Of a stretch of 64,000 nucleotides of DNA, positions 28,498 through 39,900 are shown piece by piece. How positions within the stretch are numbered: position 1 is the stretch's first letter; the number at the start of each line of letters is the position of its first letter. This DNA comes from an uncultured delta proteobacterium (lineage in GTDB: Bacteria; Desulfobacterota; Binatia; UBA9968). The position numbers and the translations under genes were made by a program. The stretch covers positions 192,001 to 256,000 of the forward strand of contig CAVYTU010000011.1 in the NCBI GenBank assembly GCA_963771465.1, written 5' to 3'. The notes beneath the pieces were generated by a model that was not told where the DNA came from, did no database searches, and saw only the letters and a list, made by a program, of their open reading frames with translations.

Positions 28498-29946
28498 ATG
28501 TTAAACAGGTTTGTTATTGCGTTCGCGCTGGTGCTGCTTGCTGGATCTCGAGCGGCCGCGGCTGATTCGCCACTCCAGCAAATTGCCGATGCGCTAGATG
28601 TGTCGACGACCAAAACGTTTCAGTTCACCGGCAATGGTAAGATGTGGCATGTCGGCCAATCGACAAGTCCGATGGCGGCGTGGCCGAGATATTACGTAAA
28701 AAGTTTGACGCGCGTGTACGATTTCACTGCGGGAGCGATGCGCGAACAAATGGTCCGGACGCAGGGTGAGACACCGCCCAGCGGTGGCGGCGGTCAGCCA
28801 CTTGAGGGCGATCAGCAATTCATCACATTGGTGAGCGGTGACCTGGCATGGAACGAGTCCGGCAAGAACACGCCGGCCCGGCCGCACGAGGCCAACGGTC
28901 GGGCCCACGAGCTGGCGATTTCACCGCATGGTGTGGTCCGCGCCGCGCTTGCGAACAATGCGACCGTAACTAAGAAGATGATGGATGGACGTGAGATGAC
29001 GGTGGTCTCATTCACTGATCGAGGCAAGCGCAAGATCGTCGCCTACGCCAACGACCAAAATGCCATCGAGCGCGTTGAGTCCAGCTACGGGCATCCCGTT
29101 GTCGGCGATATCAAGGTCGTGACCAACTACGGCCCGTACCGCGACTTCGCCGGCGTCAAGTTTCCAACCAGGATTGTTCAATACCAGGACGGCTTGCCGG
29201 CTCTGGACGTTATCGTCACGGCTGTGAGCGCCAATCCAACATTCAATGTCGAGGTGCCGAGCGACGTACGCAGCACACCAACGGTGGTGAAGTCTGAAAA
29301 AACCGCGGACGGCGTTTGGTTCATTGCCGGTGACTCACATAATTCCGTGTTGATCGAGATGAAAGACTATCTCATCGTCGTGGAAGCACCGTCAGGCGAT
29401 GATCGTTCGATGGCGGTGATGGCTGAGGTGAAGAAGCTGGTGTCCAATAAGCCGATCAAGTATTTGGTCAACACGCACCATCACTTCGATCATTCCGGCG
29501 GCGTGCGCGCTTACGCCGCCGAAGGCGTGACGATTGTAACCCATGAGCTCAACCGGCCCTACTTCGAACGTGCGGCGGCGAATAGCTGGAGTCTTGCTCC
29601 AGATCGCTTAGCCAAGTCGAAGAAGAAACCGGTTTTCCAAACCATGGGCGATAACATGGTGTTGACCGACGGGACGCGCTCTGTGGAGCTATACCAGATC
29701 GTCGGTAACGGGCATCATGACGGCATAGTTATGGCGTATTTGCGGAAAGAGAAACTGCTAATCGAAGCGGATGCCTTTACGCCGGGCAGTGTGCCGAAGA
29801 CCCCCGATCCGTTCTCAGTCAACCTGGAAGCGAACGTACGGCGCTTGAACATTGAGGTCGATCGGATATTGCCTCTCCACGGCGCAATCGCCCCCTATGG
29901 CGAGTTGCTGAATGCGATCGGCAAAAAGCCGGCGCCGGCGAAGTAG
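28498..29946 (+). CDS. Exported MBL-fold metallo-hydrolase (paralog 1)
   Basis: Signal peptide; NTHHHFDHSGG; LLIEAD; ILPLHG. Confidence 0.9.
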   Translation: MLNRFVIAFALVLLAGSRAAAADSPLQQIADALDVSTTKTFQFTGNGKMWHVGQSTSPMAAWPRYYVKSLTRVYDFTAGAMREQMVRTQGETPPSGGGGQPLEGDQQFITLVSGDLAWNESGKNTPARPHEANGRAHELAISPHGVVRAALANNATVTKKMMDGREMTVVSFTDRGKRKIVAYANDQNAIERVESSYGHPVVGDIKVVTNYGPYRDFAGVKFPTRIVQYQDGLPALDVIVTAVSANPTFNVEVPSDVRSTPTVVKSEKTADGVWFIAGDSHNSVLIEMKDYLIVVEAPSGDDRSMAVMAEVKKLVSNKPIKYLVNTHHHFDHSGGVRAYAAEGVTIVTHELNRPYFERAAANSWSLAPDRLAKSKKKPVFQTMGDNMVLTDGTRSVELYQIVGNGHHDGIVMAYLRKEKLLIEADAFTPGSVPKTPDPFSVNLEANVRRLNIEVDRILPLHGAIAPYGELLNAIGKKPAPAK

Positions 29947-29964
29947 TATAGGGATGTAATCCAC

Positions 29965-30007
29965 AAAAAGCGCGAGTACGGCTGAGGTCGTGCTCGCGCT
30001 TTTTTTT
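29965..30007 (+). terminator. Rho-independent terminator (possibly bidirectional)
   Basis: AAAAAGCGCGAGTACGGC-TGAG-GTCGTGCTCGCGC followed by T8. Confidence 0.85.
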
Positions 30008-30080
30008 GTCTTGTAACTTTCCTGGCGCTGGCATATGAAGTTCTCCATCCGTGATTCCATCTAGGTATTAGGAGGCGATT

Positions 30081-31523
30081 ATGTTGAATAAGTTCGTAGG
30101 CGTACTCGCGCTGTTCGCGCTTATGAGTTTGCCGGTGGAGGCGCAAGAATCCGATCTCCAACGGATTGCCGATGCGCTCGATGTATCGACGACGAAGACG
30201 TTCCAGTTCACTGCGAATGGGACGATGTATTCGCTCGGCCAGAGCACTAGCCCAGCGGCGGCATGGCCGAGACAGTTCGTCAAATCCATGACCCGGGTCT
30301 ACGACTTCACGGCGGGTGCTATGCAAGATCAATGGGTGCTCATGGACGGCGAGACCCAGACGGTTGGGCCTGAGCGGCAAGCCGTGAATATAGTTAATGG
30401 TGATCATGCCTGGAGGGTGGCGGGCAAAAATACACTGCCGAGATTATTTGAGGCGCCGGAATGGGCACACCAGATCGTGATCTCACCTCACGGAGTTCTG
30501 CGTGCCGCGTTTGCCAACAACGCGAGGGTCACAAAGAAAACGATCGAAGGCCGGGAGATGACTATCATTTCATTTACCGACCGGGGCCAACACAAGGTGG
30601 TTGCCTATGCCAACGACCAAAGCGCCATTGAGCGGGTCGAGTCTTGGTACGGCCACCCAGTCGTCGGCGATATGAAGGTTGTGACTCATTACGGATCCTA
30701 TCGCGATTTTGCTGGAATCAAGTTTCCAACCAAGATCCTTCAGTATCAAGATGACAAGCCGACTTTGGATTTGACAGTGACTGCCGTCAGAGCGAATCCG
30801 CCGGTGGACATCCAGGTTCCTGCGCACGTGCAGAATGATCCGGTGCCGGTGAAGTCTGAAAAAGTTGCGGATGGCGTTTGGTACATCACCGGCGTATCAG
30901 CCTACAGCGTGCTGATCGAGATGAAAGACTATTTGATCGTCGTCGAAGCGCCGCACGGCGAACGGCGCGCGGTGGCGGTAATGGCCGAAGTTAAAAAGTT
31001 GGTGCCCAACAAACCGATCAAGTATTTAGTCAACACGCACCATCACTTCGATCACTCTTCCGGCGTTCGCGCTTACGCGGCGGAAGGCATTACGATCGTC
31101 ACCCATGAAGTCAACCGGCCGTACTTTGAGCGCGCCGCGTTAAACTCTTGGAATCTATCGCCCGACCGTTTGGCAAAGTCGAAAAAGAAGCCGGTGTTTC
31201 AGACGATGGGTGACAACATGGTTTTGACCGACGGCACGCGCTCGGTGGAACTGTATCAGGTCGTCGGCAACGTTCATCATGACGGCATAGTCATGGCGTA
31301 CCTACGCAAAGAAAAACTGCTGATCGAAGCCGATGTCTTTAATCCAAGCCCAGCAGGTGCTGAGCCGCCTAAAGTTCCCAGTCCGGCTGCGGTCAACCTG
31401 GAGGCCAACGTGCGGCGCTTGAATATTGACGTGGATCGTATCGTGTCGATTCATGAGCGCATCGTGCCTTACAGCGAGTTGCTCGCGGCCATCGGCAAAA
31501 AACCAGCTGCCGCGATGAAGTAG
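30081..31523 (+). CDS. Exported MBL-fold metallo-hydrolase (paralog 2)
   Basis: Collinear with 28498..29946; NTHHHFDHSSG; AGGAGG RBS. Confidence 0.9.
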   Translation: MLNKFVGVLALFALMSLPVEAQESDLQRIADALDVSTTKTFQFTANGTMYSLGQSTSPAAAWPRQFVKSMTRVYDFTAGAMQDQWVLMDGETQTVGPERQAVNIVNGDHAWRVAGKNTLPRLFEAPEWAHQIVISPHGVLRAAFANNARVTKKTIEGREMTIISFTDRGQHKVVAYANDQSAIERVESWYGHPVVGDMKVVTHYGSYRDFAGIKFPTKILQYQDDKPTLDLTVTAVRANPPVDIQVPAHVQNDPVPVKSEKVADGVWYITGVSAYSVLIEMKDYLIVVEAPHGERRAVAVMAEVKKLVPNKPIKYLVNTHHHFDHSSGVRAYAAEGITIVTHEVNRPYFERAALNSWNLSPDRLAKSKKKPVFQTMGDNMVLTDGTRSVELYQVVGNVHHDGIVMAYLRKEKLLIEADVFNPSPAGAEPPKVPSPAAVNLEANVRRLNIDVDRIVSIHERIVPYSELLAAIGKKPAAAMK

Positions 31524-31529
31524 GTTGCA

Positions 31530-31568
31530 ATCAAGCCGGCGCGAGCTCGATACTTGCGCCGGCTTGAT
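31530..31568 (+). terminator. Stable hairpin after the MBL gene
   Basis: ATCAAGCCGGCGCGAG-N7-CTTGCGCCGGCTTGAT; no U-tract. Confidence 0.5.
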
Positions 31569-31703
31569 CCGTTGCGAACTGCAACTCCCAGCCCGAAGAA
31601 AATGAGCGCACCAAGTACGATTTGACCGTCAAAGAGCGACAAGCGATCTTGGCCGATAGTGCGCGGCGCTTTACAATCTCCAATGACGAATCGAAAGGAT
31701 TCT

Positions 31704-32732
31704 ATGAAAGCTTTGTTGCTCACCGGGTCGCTATTCTTTTTTGCGTACGTCGAGTCTCATGCCCAGACACCTTTTTATCAAGGCAAGACGATTACCATCG
31801 TCGTCGGTTATCTGGCCGGCGACGGCTATGACATCTGGGCGCGGCTGTTGGCGGCACATATGGGCAAACATATTCCGGGCAACCCGAGCATCATCGCGCA
31901 GAACATGCCTGGAGCCGGTTCGATGATCGCGGCGAATAACGTTTACAACGTGGCCAAGCCGGACGGTCTGACGATGGCCTCGATCGGTCCGTCGCTTTAT
32001 CTCGATCAGCTGATCGGCAAGAAGGAAGTGCAGTTCGATTGGGCGAAGTTCGGCTGGGTGGGCTCGACGGAAAATACCCCGTGGTTGTTCTATATGAATG
32101 CCAACACGCCGTTCAAATCGATCGATGATGTGCGCAAAGCCAAGGAGGCGCCCAAGTGTTCGGCGACCAGCAGCGGCACGAGCGGCCACTTTATTCCCAA
32201 GCTGCTCGAAGAGGCGGTGGGCGCAAAGTTTACCGTGGTCATGGGCTACCAAGGCGGCGCCGAGCAAGATTTAGCCTTCGAACGCGGCGAAGTCGTTTGC
32301 CGCGCGCTCAGCATTCCAACTTTTTTTGCGCGCGAGCCGTTTACCACTTGGCGCAAGAAAGGCATGGTGCGGATACTGCTTCAGACCGGGCGCAAGCGCG
32401 ATGCAAAAATGCCGGACGTGCCGACCATCCATGAGCTCATGAATGAGCACAAGACGCCGGCGTCGACGCGCGCATTGGTTAGCGCGATATTGGCGTCGGG
32501 CGATTTGGGCCGCCCGTTTATCACGCCGCCGGCGATTCCCGCCGAGCGGCTGAAGATCCTGCGCGATGCGTTTCGCAAGACCATGAGCGACCCGGCCTTT
32601 CTCGCCGATGTTAAGTTGCGCAAGTTTGAAATCGATCCGGACTACGGCGAAGATCTAGAAGCGTTGGCTAAGGAGATCATGTCGCAGCCGCGCGAGATCG
32701 TCGAACGGATGAAAAAACTCCTGAGCGAATGA
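31704..32732 (+). CDS. Bug/TctC tripartite tricarboxylate transporter substrate-binding protein
   Basis: FYQGKTITIVVGY, NMPGAGSMIAAN, KPDGLT, GYQGG, ERGEV. Confidence 0.9.
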   Translation: MKALLLTGSLFFFAYVESHAQTPFYQGKTITIVVGYLAGDGYDIWARLLAAHMGKHIPGNPSIIAQNMPGAGSMIAANNVYNVAKPDGLTMASIGPSLYLDQLIGKKEVQFDWAKFGWVGSTENTPWLFYMNANTPFKSIDDVRKAKEAPKCSATSSGTSGHFIPKLLEEAVGAKFTVVMGYQGGAEQDLAFERGEVVCRALSIPTFFAREPFTTWRKKGMVRILLQTGRKRDAKMPDVPTIHELMNEHKTPASTRALVSAILASGDLGRPFITPPAIPAERLKILRDAFRKTMSDPAFLADVKLRKFEIDPDYGEDLEALAKEIMSQPREIVERMKKLLSE

Positions 32733-32923
32733 TCGCACTATTTTTAAGAATGTTATTGCATATATCGGCCAGGCACGCTGATACTTTAACGGATTCCAAC
32801 AAAAAAGTTTTCTACTTCGCTGACGGCGGCGGTGCGTTAGAATTTTCTTGCCAGCGCAACTGGCGGAAATTAAAATGTCGCGATGGTGCACGGATCAATC
32901 GATGGGTGGGGGAAGATAACTGA

Positions 32924-33415
32924 ATGGCGCAACTGAAATGTCCGAACTGTTCCCGAGAGTTTGTCCGGCGCATATCGCGCAGTGGTTTGGTCGAACGGTT
33001 AATTAGCCTCGTCTATATTTATCCTTTCAAGTGCCAAATCTGCGGTTTCCGATTTCGCATGTCGCAGTGGGGTGTGCGCTATGTTCGAGTCGATGAAGAT
33101 CACCGTGAATATTCCCGCACGCAGGTGAAATTCCCATTAACTTTTCACGACAATGACTTGAATGGCAAAGGAACGGCGCTCAACATTTCCATGGGCGGTT
33201 GCAGTTTCACCACGCTTAGCCAAGTCACCATGGGTATGATTCTCCAACTTGGTTTGCAGATCGCTGACGACGTTCCACCGGTGGGAGTCGATGCCGCGAT
33301 GGTACGTTATGTAAGCGGTGAATCGGTCGGTGTTGAGTTTCTCCGGTGGCGCGAAGGCGAACGAGAACGCTTGCAGCTCTTTGTGCGCGGCTTACTGATT
33401 GGCCACCAATCCTAA
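32924..33415 (+). CDS. Zinc-ribbon plus PilZ-domain protein
   Basis: CPNC...CQIC; REYSR (RxxxR) and NISMGG (D/NxSxxG); GVEF. Confidence 0.8.
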   Translation: MAQLKCPNCSREFVRRISRSGLVERLISLVYIYPFKCQICGFRFRMSQWGVRYVRVDEDHREYSRTQVKFPLTFHDNDLNGKGTALNISMGGCSFTTLSQVTMGMILQLGLQIADDVPPVGVDAAMVRYVSGESVGVEFLRWREGERERLQLFVRGLLIGHQS

Positions 33416-33516
33416 CTACCAACACGCCGATCATCGGCGTGGGGCGAAGATTCAATTTCAATCACTGGGTACGGCGCAGCTGGAGCGCGGCCACAAGCGC
33501 GAACAAGCATTCTTCG

Positions 33517-34486
33517 TCAAACTTTTCGCATAGGAATAATGTAATAGGGCACGAAGCCGTCACCGGGGTCGACTTCCAAGCGTTCTTCAAAGCCGTCGGT
33601 CGTAGGCCGGAGAATTTTCCGGGCGCGCTTCCACTGGCTGGCGTGGCCAGGCGGCACGTCGGCGAATTCAACTTCGCGCTCATTGTGCGCAATGGCGTAT
33701 TCGCGCACCACGCCACCGTCCGTGTAGGCGTGTGCGGTGATTGCGCCCGCAGCTTCGGCGCCGACGATGACAAACGCTTTATGCACGTCTTTCCTGCCGT
33801 CGGCCAGCGGATAGGTCGCGTCCATGCGCAGCGCGATAAAGCGGCCGCCCGCTTCGAAGCTGCCGAGCAGTTCTTTTTGAAAAACGTAATCGGTCATGGC
33901 GTATTTGCCCTCGCCGCGAAAATGGCCGAGGAGAAACTCCAACGGCTGCATATGGGCACTCGCTTTCTCATGATGGTGCACTGGATCGAAACGAAACTTC
34001 TCGGCTTCGCCGGTATTGCCGAGGAGTGTGCCGGCTCGTACCGCCGCTTGGGCGTACTTGAGCACGGCGCGCCAGTTTTTATCGGTAACCACTTCGGCGA
34101 ACATTTCCTGTTTGTCGCCGATGCGCAAGGTTAGCAGCGGCGCCTGTTTACAGGGACCCTGGCAACCGGTTTTGGAGATCGGCGCGCCAATTTCGGCGCT
34201 GAGCCGAGTCAATTCGCCATCCGAAATGTCGAAGTTAGCTTTATCGCAGCAAGGCTGGGCGGTGCAGACAAAAAAACGGTTGGGACCCGAAGTGTACGCT
34301 TGTTTGGCTCGATGTAGTGCAGCCAAGCAGTTCGTCATCGGGTGGCGTGAGACGCCGAAGCTTCAGAAAATGGCGGAACTGCGCCAGCGCAGCTTCAGTC
34401 CAAGCGCCTGCCGTCTTAACCACAAATCCGGAAGCATGGAAGCCAAGTTCAGTTTCTACTTGTTGTCCCGGTGTCGAAGGTTGCAT
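33517..34486 (-). CDS. Thioredoxin-like [2Fe-2S] ferredoxin fused to a nitrobindin/DUF1794-like beta-barrel; frameshift near 34325
   Basis: CTAQPCC...TGCQGPCKQAP; LEFLLGHFRGEGKY; upstream frame MQPSTPGQ...LTPPDDELL has a GGGAG RBS. Confidence 0.65.
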
Positions 34487-34689
34487 CGTCACACTCCCGT
34501 TCACCGGGCTTAACTTACTGTGAAGGGTGTCAGCGCGTCAAGGAATGCGCGTCCGTGGTCGTCTTTACGCTTGTTGAGGTGCGTCGACAAGCACGATTCA
34601 CGAAGACCGTTTGATGCTCGGGGCTAAACGCACAACGCCCAAGCCGGGTGGCTTGGGCGTTGTGTGGGAGGCAACGACGTGAGCCTATC

Positions 34690-35064
34690 TCACGCCGCCG
34701 CGGGCAAACAGGTCCAGAGTTTTTGCCACCACTTGCCGTCGCCGGCATCGGCGGTGCGCAAATTCATCTGATTTCGGATATCCATGGACGTGACGAAAAC
34801 ATCGCGGGCGCCGCCCATCGGAGGCATGACGGGACGGCGTCCACGACCCGGGACGAATTCAGGAGACGTCTCTTTTGACGAAAAGACGCCCAGGCTACGA
34901 AGCTCTTCAAAGGAAAGCGGATCGGCGGCGCAGGGATCGCACCAATTCATATCCCAAGCAAACTCGGTGACTACCGCGCGCATATCGGCCTTCTTGACCT
35001 GTTGCTCAAACATATCCCGGTAGAAATCCTTGAAACGAGTTTTGACGCAAACGGGGAGATCCGT
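34690..35064 (-). pseudogene. C-terminal remnant of a DUF2330-like gene
   Basis: DLPVCVKTRFKDFYRDMF...VVTEFAWDMNWCDPCAADPLS...DVFVT, jumping to ...WWQKLW; no N-terminal half. Confidence 0.7.
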
Positions 35065-35561
35065 AAAAATCGCAAAAACTGTGGGCGGGACCGGTATTAG
35101 CCGACCGGCCGAGCTGCACTGCGAGGGATAAGCCGATTTTGGTCACGGAAAGCTCCACTTTGCTGTACCAACTTTATTAGACTGTCCCAACGATATTTTG
35201 TTCCAGGAAACTGGTAGTCGACGGCTGGCATTAAAATGGAAACATTCGCTAGCCAGCAGAGTAGACCGTTGGTCTGATAGAGCCCGACCTGCAATGGAGG
35301 CAGCGCCGGCGGCGTTTAAATGATAGGTCTGCCGGTAAAGCTTCGGCACCTACCATCGAGCGAAAGAATATTGTCAATCCGCTAGCCTGTTTGCGCGCTA
35401 TTCGCCAACATAAACACGGCGAAATTCTTGGCTTGACGAAGGTGACAAGGGTTCAGTAGATTGTGACTGGCTGCTCGAAGATCGGCATGACAAGAACCCG
35501 AGTAGACGCGAGCGGTCATGCAGTGGACGCCAAATCTTTCTCAAACTGAAAGGAGACAGTC

Positions 35562-36674
35562 ATGTTCGTATGTCTATCGCCTGGCGGTCAGTCGCTCACC
35601 AGCGGCGAGTCGCAAAAAGATAAATTGTTGGTCGGCACGGTCGGCGGAATATTCTCATTTCAAAAAAGTGGCGCTGCTTGGGCGCAGCAAGACACCATGG
35701 TGCCGGGGAAACATTTCAGCTCGATTATTTTCGAGCCGACGACCCAGACGCTTTTTGGTGGCACTTACAGCGGTGAAATTTACGCTAGCGCCGACTTGGG
35801 AAAAACTTGGGAACGGCGTGACAACGGCATCGGCGAAAAAGAGATCTATTCGCTCGCGACTCAAGTGGTCAACGGCAAGCCACGCGTTTACGCGGGCACC
35901 CAGCCGGCGCATTTATTTTACAGCGACGATCTCGGCAAGAGCTGGACGGAGTTGCCTGGACTGCGCCAAGTGCCAGGCGTGGAGAAGTGGACTTTTCCCG
36001 GCGAGCCGCATCTGGCGCACGCCAAGAGCATCACCTTTCATCCGAAGGACGCCAACATTATTTACGTCGCCGTGGAAGTCGGCGGCTTCTTACGCACTAC
36101 CGACGGCGGTAAAACTTGGACGACCGTCGACAGCATCAATCCGGACGCGCACCGAGTTTTGGTGCCGACCAACGATCCGAGCAAACTCTACGGCACGGCG
36201 CCGACAACCAATTGCGGTCCCGACACGGTGGCGGGCTTCTGCGTCAGCAGCGACGGCGGCGCGAATTGGCAGAGCATCACGCCGCGCGACTTCCGCATCG
36301 GCTATGTCGATCCGTTCTTCGTCCATCCCAAAGATCCGAATCTATTGTTCGTTGCCGGCGCCAAGACCGGTCCGGGCACTTGGCGTAAGCTGCACACCGC
36401 CGACGCGCGCGTCGCGCGCAGCCGCGACGGCGGCAAGACTTGGGATATGCTGAGCGGCGGGTTGCCTGACCATATCCGCGCCAATATCGAAGGCATGGCG
36501 ATGGACGTGTGGAACGGCGGTTACGCGATTTTCGCCGGCACCACCGACGGCGATATTTTCTACAGCCAAGACGAAGGCGAACATTGGCAGACCATCATCA
36601 AGGGCATCGGCGCGGTCTCCAAATCACACCACTACGTCAATCTGTCACTCGATGAACAGGCGGCGCATCATTAG
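35562..36674 (+). CDS. BNR/Asp-box beta-propeller protein (WD40/YVTN-like)
   Basis: Repeated SxDxGxxW: SADLGKTW, SDDLGKSW, TTDGGKTW, SSDGGANW, SRDGGKTW, SQDEGEHW; AAGGAG RBS. Confidence 0.9.
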   Translation: MFVCLSPGGQSLTSGESQKDKLLVGTVGGIFSFQKSGAAWAQQDTMVPGKHFSSIIFEPTTQTLFGGTYSGEIYASADLGKTWERRDNGIGEKEIYSLATQVVNGKPRVYAGTQPAHLFYSDDLGKSWTELPGLRQVPGVEKWTFPGEPHLAHAKSITFHPKDANIIYVAVEVGGFLRTTDGGKTWTTVDSINPDAHRVLVPTNDPSKLYGTAPTTNCGPDTVAGFCVSSDGGANWQSITPRDFRIGYVDPFFVHPKDPNLLFVAGAKTGPGTWRKLHTADARVARSRDGGKTWDMLSGGLPDHIRANIEGMAMDVWNGGYAIFAGTTDGDIFYSQDEGEHWQTIIKGIGAVSKSHHYVNLSLDEQAAHH

Positions 36675-36701
36675 TCGATCGAAGGCATGTAGTTGGAATA
36701 C

Positions 36702-36731
36702 AAAAGGGGCACGGCGTACCGTGCCCCTTTT
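36702..36731 (+). terminator. Rho-independent terminator with REP-like stem
   Basis: AAAAGGGGCACGG-CGTA-CCGTGCCCCTTTT. Confidence 0.8.
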
Positions 36732-36922
36732 TATTTGTTTTTACTTTAGCCCTTGGCGACGCGCGAGGGAGAATCTTTTTTCTAAACCTGCATTATCTCC
36801 GGCAAAGGCTCAGAGGCCCGAACCTGGGGCTTTATATCTCACGCACTTTGGGACCTGATATCATTCCTTGACGCTCGGCAACGACCTAGCGTACAAATCA
36901 CAAGTCTGATTTCGATCTGTCG

Positions 36923-39900
36923 ATGGCAACCACGACAAAAAAGGGTGCGAAGAAATCCACGGCGAAGCCGCGCCGGAAGGCGGCGAAAAAGTCGCGCCCG
37001 GAGAAGGCGCCAGAAGTTCCTGCGCTAAGGCGTGAGCTCGCCGAGGCTTTGGAGCAGCAGACGGCGACCAGGGAAATCCTGCGCATGATCGCGCGCGCGC
37101 CGGCGGATCTTCAGTTGGTGATGGATACGATTGCGGAGAGTGCTGCCCGCTTGTGTGATGCCAAGGATGCTTTGATATTTCGCGTTGAGGGTGATGTTCA
37201 GCAACGCGTGGCGGTATATGGAGCAATGCCAACGACAGCTATCGGAATTCGTGGCATTACTCGCGGGACTCCCGTGGGCCGAGCTATCATCGATCGGCAG
37301 ACCATTCACGTAGATGACATCGCGGCAGAGATTGAAACAGAGTTCTCAGAATACCGGGCTGTTCAAAAAGCCACCGGCATTAGAACCGCGCTCACCACAC
37401 CGCTTATGCGCGACGGTGTGCCGATCGGTGTGATTAACATCCGCCGTATGGAAGTGCGCCCGTTTACAGACAAGCAAATCAAGCTACTCGAGACCTTCGC
37501 CGATCAAGCAGTAATCGCGATCGAGAACGCCCGGCTCATTCACGAACAACAGGCGCGCAATCGGGATTTGGCCGAGGCTTTGGAGCAGCAGATAGCGACG
37601 GCGGAGATACTTGGTGTGATCGCCAGTTCACCGACCGACTTAAAACCGGTGCTGGCAACCATAACCGAGCGCGCCGCGCGGGTTTGCGGTGCGGAAGATG
37701 CCGTCATGCGGCTCGTCGAGGGGAACGTCATGCGCTTGGCGGCGCATTATGGACCGGTGTCCGATGTCGCGGTGGAGCGGCCGATCAATCGACAATCACC
37801 ACCTGGCCGGGCCGTGGTGGACCGGGAAATCATCCACGTCGAGAACATTCAGCTTGTAATAGCTACGGAATACCCCGAGGTTGCGGAGACTAACAGACGT
37901 GTCGGCGGCCGAACGGTGCTAGCTGTGCCATTGATGCGAGAAGGAGTCGCTCTCGGCGTCATTCATTTCCGCCGTCTCGAAGTTCGTCCGTTTTCGGAAA
38001 AACAGATCGCGCAACTCAAGAGTTTCGCCGACCAAGCCGTCATAGCCATCGAGAACGTTCGGCTGTTCCAAGAACTCCAAGTGCGCAACCGCGACCTGAC
38101 CGAAGCGTTGGAACAACAGACAGCGACGGGTAAAATTCTCGAGGTCATCGCCAGCTCGCCAACGGAAATTCAACCTGTTCTCGATGCGATTGCTGACAGT
38201 GCCGCGCGACTTTGCGAGTCGCCAAGCGCGGTCATTTTTCGAGTAGACGGGGCGATTTTGCGACGTAGTGCAGCAGTAGGCGATATGCCTTCGGGAACCG
38301 TGGGCGAGGACTTGGCGATAGATCGGAACAGAATCGCCGGTCGCGCCATCGTCGACGTGCGGACCGTCCAAGTCGTGGATATGGCTGTCGAGGCGGGAAC
38401 CGAATATCCGGCAAGCATTCAACGGCTGACAGGTACTCGAAGCGCATTGGCAACGCCGTTGATACGAGAAGGGGTCGCTATTGGAGCTATTCTAATTCGC
38501 AGGACAGAGGTCAAACCTTTTACCGATAAGCAGATCGCACTACTAAAAACCTTCGCCGACCAAGCCGTGATCGCTATCGAGAACGTGCGGCTGTTTCAAG
38601 AACTTACCGAATCCTTGGAACAACAGACGGCTACCAGCGAGATTCTCGGCGTGATCGCCAGCTCGCCGACGGATATTCAGCCGGTGTTGGATGCCGTTGC
38701 GGAGAATGCGGCGCGGCTCTGCGATGCGATGGATGCGGTGATCTTTCGCCGCGATGGTAACGTCACTCGGCCTGTGGCGCGATATGGATCAATTCCTTTG
38801 GCGAGGCCAATAGGAGAAGTTTTTCCTGACACGAGGGGGTCGCCTCCCGGAAGGGCGATGCTCGACCGGAAAACGATTCACGTCCATGACATCGCGGCAG
38901 AACTCGACTCGGAGTTTCCGGAAGCTAGAGTCCGCCATCAGGTTAGCGGTTCGCGCACGATACTCGCCACGCCGCTGGTTCGTGAAGATGTTTCCATCGG
39001 CGCGATCATGATTCGCCGAACCGAAGTTCGTCCCTTCTCGGAAAAGCAAATTAAACTTCTTGAGACCTTCGCCGACCAGGCGGTGATTGCCATCGAGAAC
39101 GTGCGGCTGTTCAAGGAGATCCAGGAGCGCAACGCAGAGTTGCGCGAGGCGCTGGAGCATCAGACGGCGACCGCCGAGGTGCTCGGCATCATCAGCCGCT
39201 CGCCGACGGACGTGCAGCCGGTGCTCGACGCCATCGTCGAGAGCGCCGCGCGGGTTTGTGGGATTGATGACGTGGTGCTGCGGCTTCACGAGGGGAACGT
39301 CATGATTCCGCGGGCCCATTTTGGTTCGATACCTATCGGCCGCGTCGAAATCAGTGTCGATGAGCCGCAAGTTCGCTGGATGCGCGAGCATGGCACGCTC
39401 CACGTTCCCGACGCCCAGGCGCAAAACGAGTTTCCAACGATGGGTTCAGTCAACAACGTCCGCACCTACTTAATCGTTCCCCTTCGTCAACAGGGAGAAC
39501 TCATTGGAATATTGATCGCACGTCGCACTGAGGTGCGGCCCTTCACCCCGGCGCAGATCAAGCTGCTCGAAACCTTCGCCGATCAAGCGGTGATCGCCAT
39601 CGAGAACGTCCGGCTGTTCCAAGAGCTCACCGAAGCGTTGGAGCAGCAGACCGCGACGAGTGAAATTCTTGGGCGTCATCGCGAGCTCACCGACCGAAAT
39701 TCAGCCGGTGTTAAATGTGGTGGCGGAGAATGCAGCGCGGCTGTGTGATGCAGATGATGCTCTAGATTCTACCGGGTGGAAGGCGAGCTTAAGCGCAATG
39801 TCGCCAACATGGGAACCTACCGAGCGAAATAACCGTCGGGGAGGCGCGAGCCATTAAGCCGTGGCTCGGTCAGTGGCCGCGCCATTCTCGATCGAAAAAT

